A stretch of 63,644 nt of DNA, the filler included, from Folioceros fuciformis (lineage: Eukaryota), in NCBI GenBank assembly GCA_049999805.1. It is 23 parts of 23 records of this genome, joined end to end, with 100 filler letters (N's around TTAATTAATTAA, not from the genome) between each part and the next. Parts side by side here need not be neighbours in the genome. Positions count along the whole stretch, not along the records: positions 62,630 to 63,644 come from JBNGIO010000490.1; 22 more parts are not named here. The stretch is one strand, 5' to 3'. Made by a program: the position numbers and the translations under genes. Of this stretch, positions 62,630 through 63,644 are shown piece after piece. Each line of letters opens with the position of its first letter. Within the stretch, counting starts at the first letter, position 1. The notes beneath the pieces are model-generated. The model was not told the origin of the DNA. It saw only the letters and a program-made list of their open reading frames with translations, and searched no databases.

Positions 62630-63445
62630 GTTGAGACATTGGGTTTCGTTCCCACGAAGGAGCGATGGGGTTCCTTGCTGCTGTGGATGGAGGGTCGGAC
62701 TCAATCAACTTCATGATGGATTCGGGGGCTCCCCTCCAGCTCCGATCAGGCATAGGACAGGCCTCACTGTCCAGCGGTCAGCTGCACCTCTCTCGGTGCC
62801 CACAAACTCACTCCAGTCACTACAGCGACCCTAACTTCTCAGATCTGCGACTTCCCTCACTCATTTCACTCACTCTCCCGCTCCAGCACCAGCACCAGCA
62901 ACCAAAAACGATACCACTACGTTCTACACTTCCCTACTGACTCCTCCTACCCGACAAGAGTCACCAGAGTAACCCCAAAGAAAAGAAAGAAGGGAACACA
63001 CTCCCCTCTCAGATATCTCCTCCCCAGAACCTTACTAGACGCCATGAAACATGGCCGGCCTACAGCACTTGTCCAAACAGGGAACAAGAGTGGACAGGTC
63101 GAGAGAAAGACACATCGTTTACAATCAAGAGCTAGGGGAAGGCTATAAATGTAGCATCCTGTGCACCATAAGTAAGGAACTATGGAGTCCTTCTAAGCCT
63201 GTGGTGCTATTTCAACATGGTATCAGGGCCAGAGAAAGAGTGCCGGTGCCACCGGTGAGAGGAGCAAGAGAGGCGCAGGAGGCGCAATGGCGTAGGCGGC
63301 GTAGGAAGCCGCAACAGGCGCTACAGGCGCAAGAGCGCGTGAGAGGCGCAAGAGGGAGAGAGACTCAGGAGGAGCAGCAACTACTGGAGGCAACCAGGCC
63401 GTGGAACCCACAGCAGGCCCAGGATTTGCGAGGAGGAAGGCCTTA
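62630..63445 (+). mobile_element. Repeat family A copy 5 (62630-63138), then LTR end, PBS (63218-63229) and probable gag start
   Basis: Matches copy 1 up to GAGCTAGGGG, then ...TTCAACA TGGTATCAGGGC followed by E/Q/R-rich coding-like sequence. Confidence 0.8.
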
Positions 63446-63644
63446 ACTTGGCAAACAGTGTTTTGTTTTTTGAAAGCTTGAGCAAAGGCTGTTTTTGCTT
63501 AGCGAAGAGTCAGCTGCACATTCAGGAATTGTTGAGATTTGATTGAGGCTTGTGGAGTGCTGGAGCTCTACAGCAATGCAGGGAGTTGCAGGACAAGTGT
63601 TGGTGCGTAAAGGAGCCTGAATCATGGCTAATGTGCAGGGATCA

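Overview
Not a contiguous locus: 23 short contigs joined by 22 identical 100-nt artificial linkers (N44-TTAATTAATTAA-N44), so adjacency across linkers is unreliable. The DNA is eukaryotic and repeat-rich, most likely a streptophyte (charophyte alga or early-diverging land plant), judged from spliceosomal introns, plant-type genes and TTTAGGG repeats. Most of it is degenerate, nested transposons: several Ty1/Copia and Ty3/Gypsy fragments with LTR/PBS/PPT signals, three CRE-like non-LTR elements, a hAT transposase relic and an intron-containing IS3-like DDE integrase gene. Host genes or fragments: 5' exons of a SIS3-like RING E3 ligase with a U12-type intron, the last exon of an At3g62370-like protein, a multi-exon xTFxPxI-repeat/EF-hand gene, a TORNADO1-like Roc GTPase fragment, a sucrose-phosphatase pseudogene and an intronless triple-RING ORF. 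Most notable are a Gypsy polyprotein carrying a DNMT3-like cytosine methyltransferase domain just upstream of RT (19509-20848), the spliced IS3-like integrase element (39789-44006), the triple-RING ORF, and an antisense membrane-anchored ORF in a Copia 3' region. All family calls come from motif recognition by eye, not database searches.
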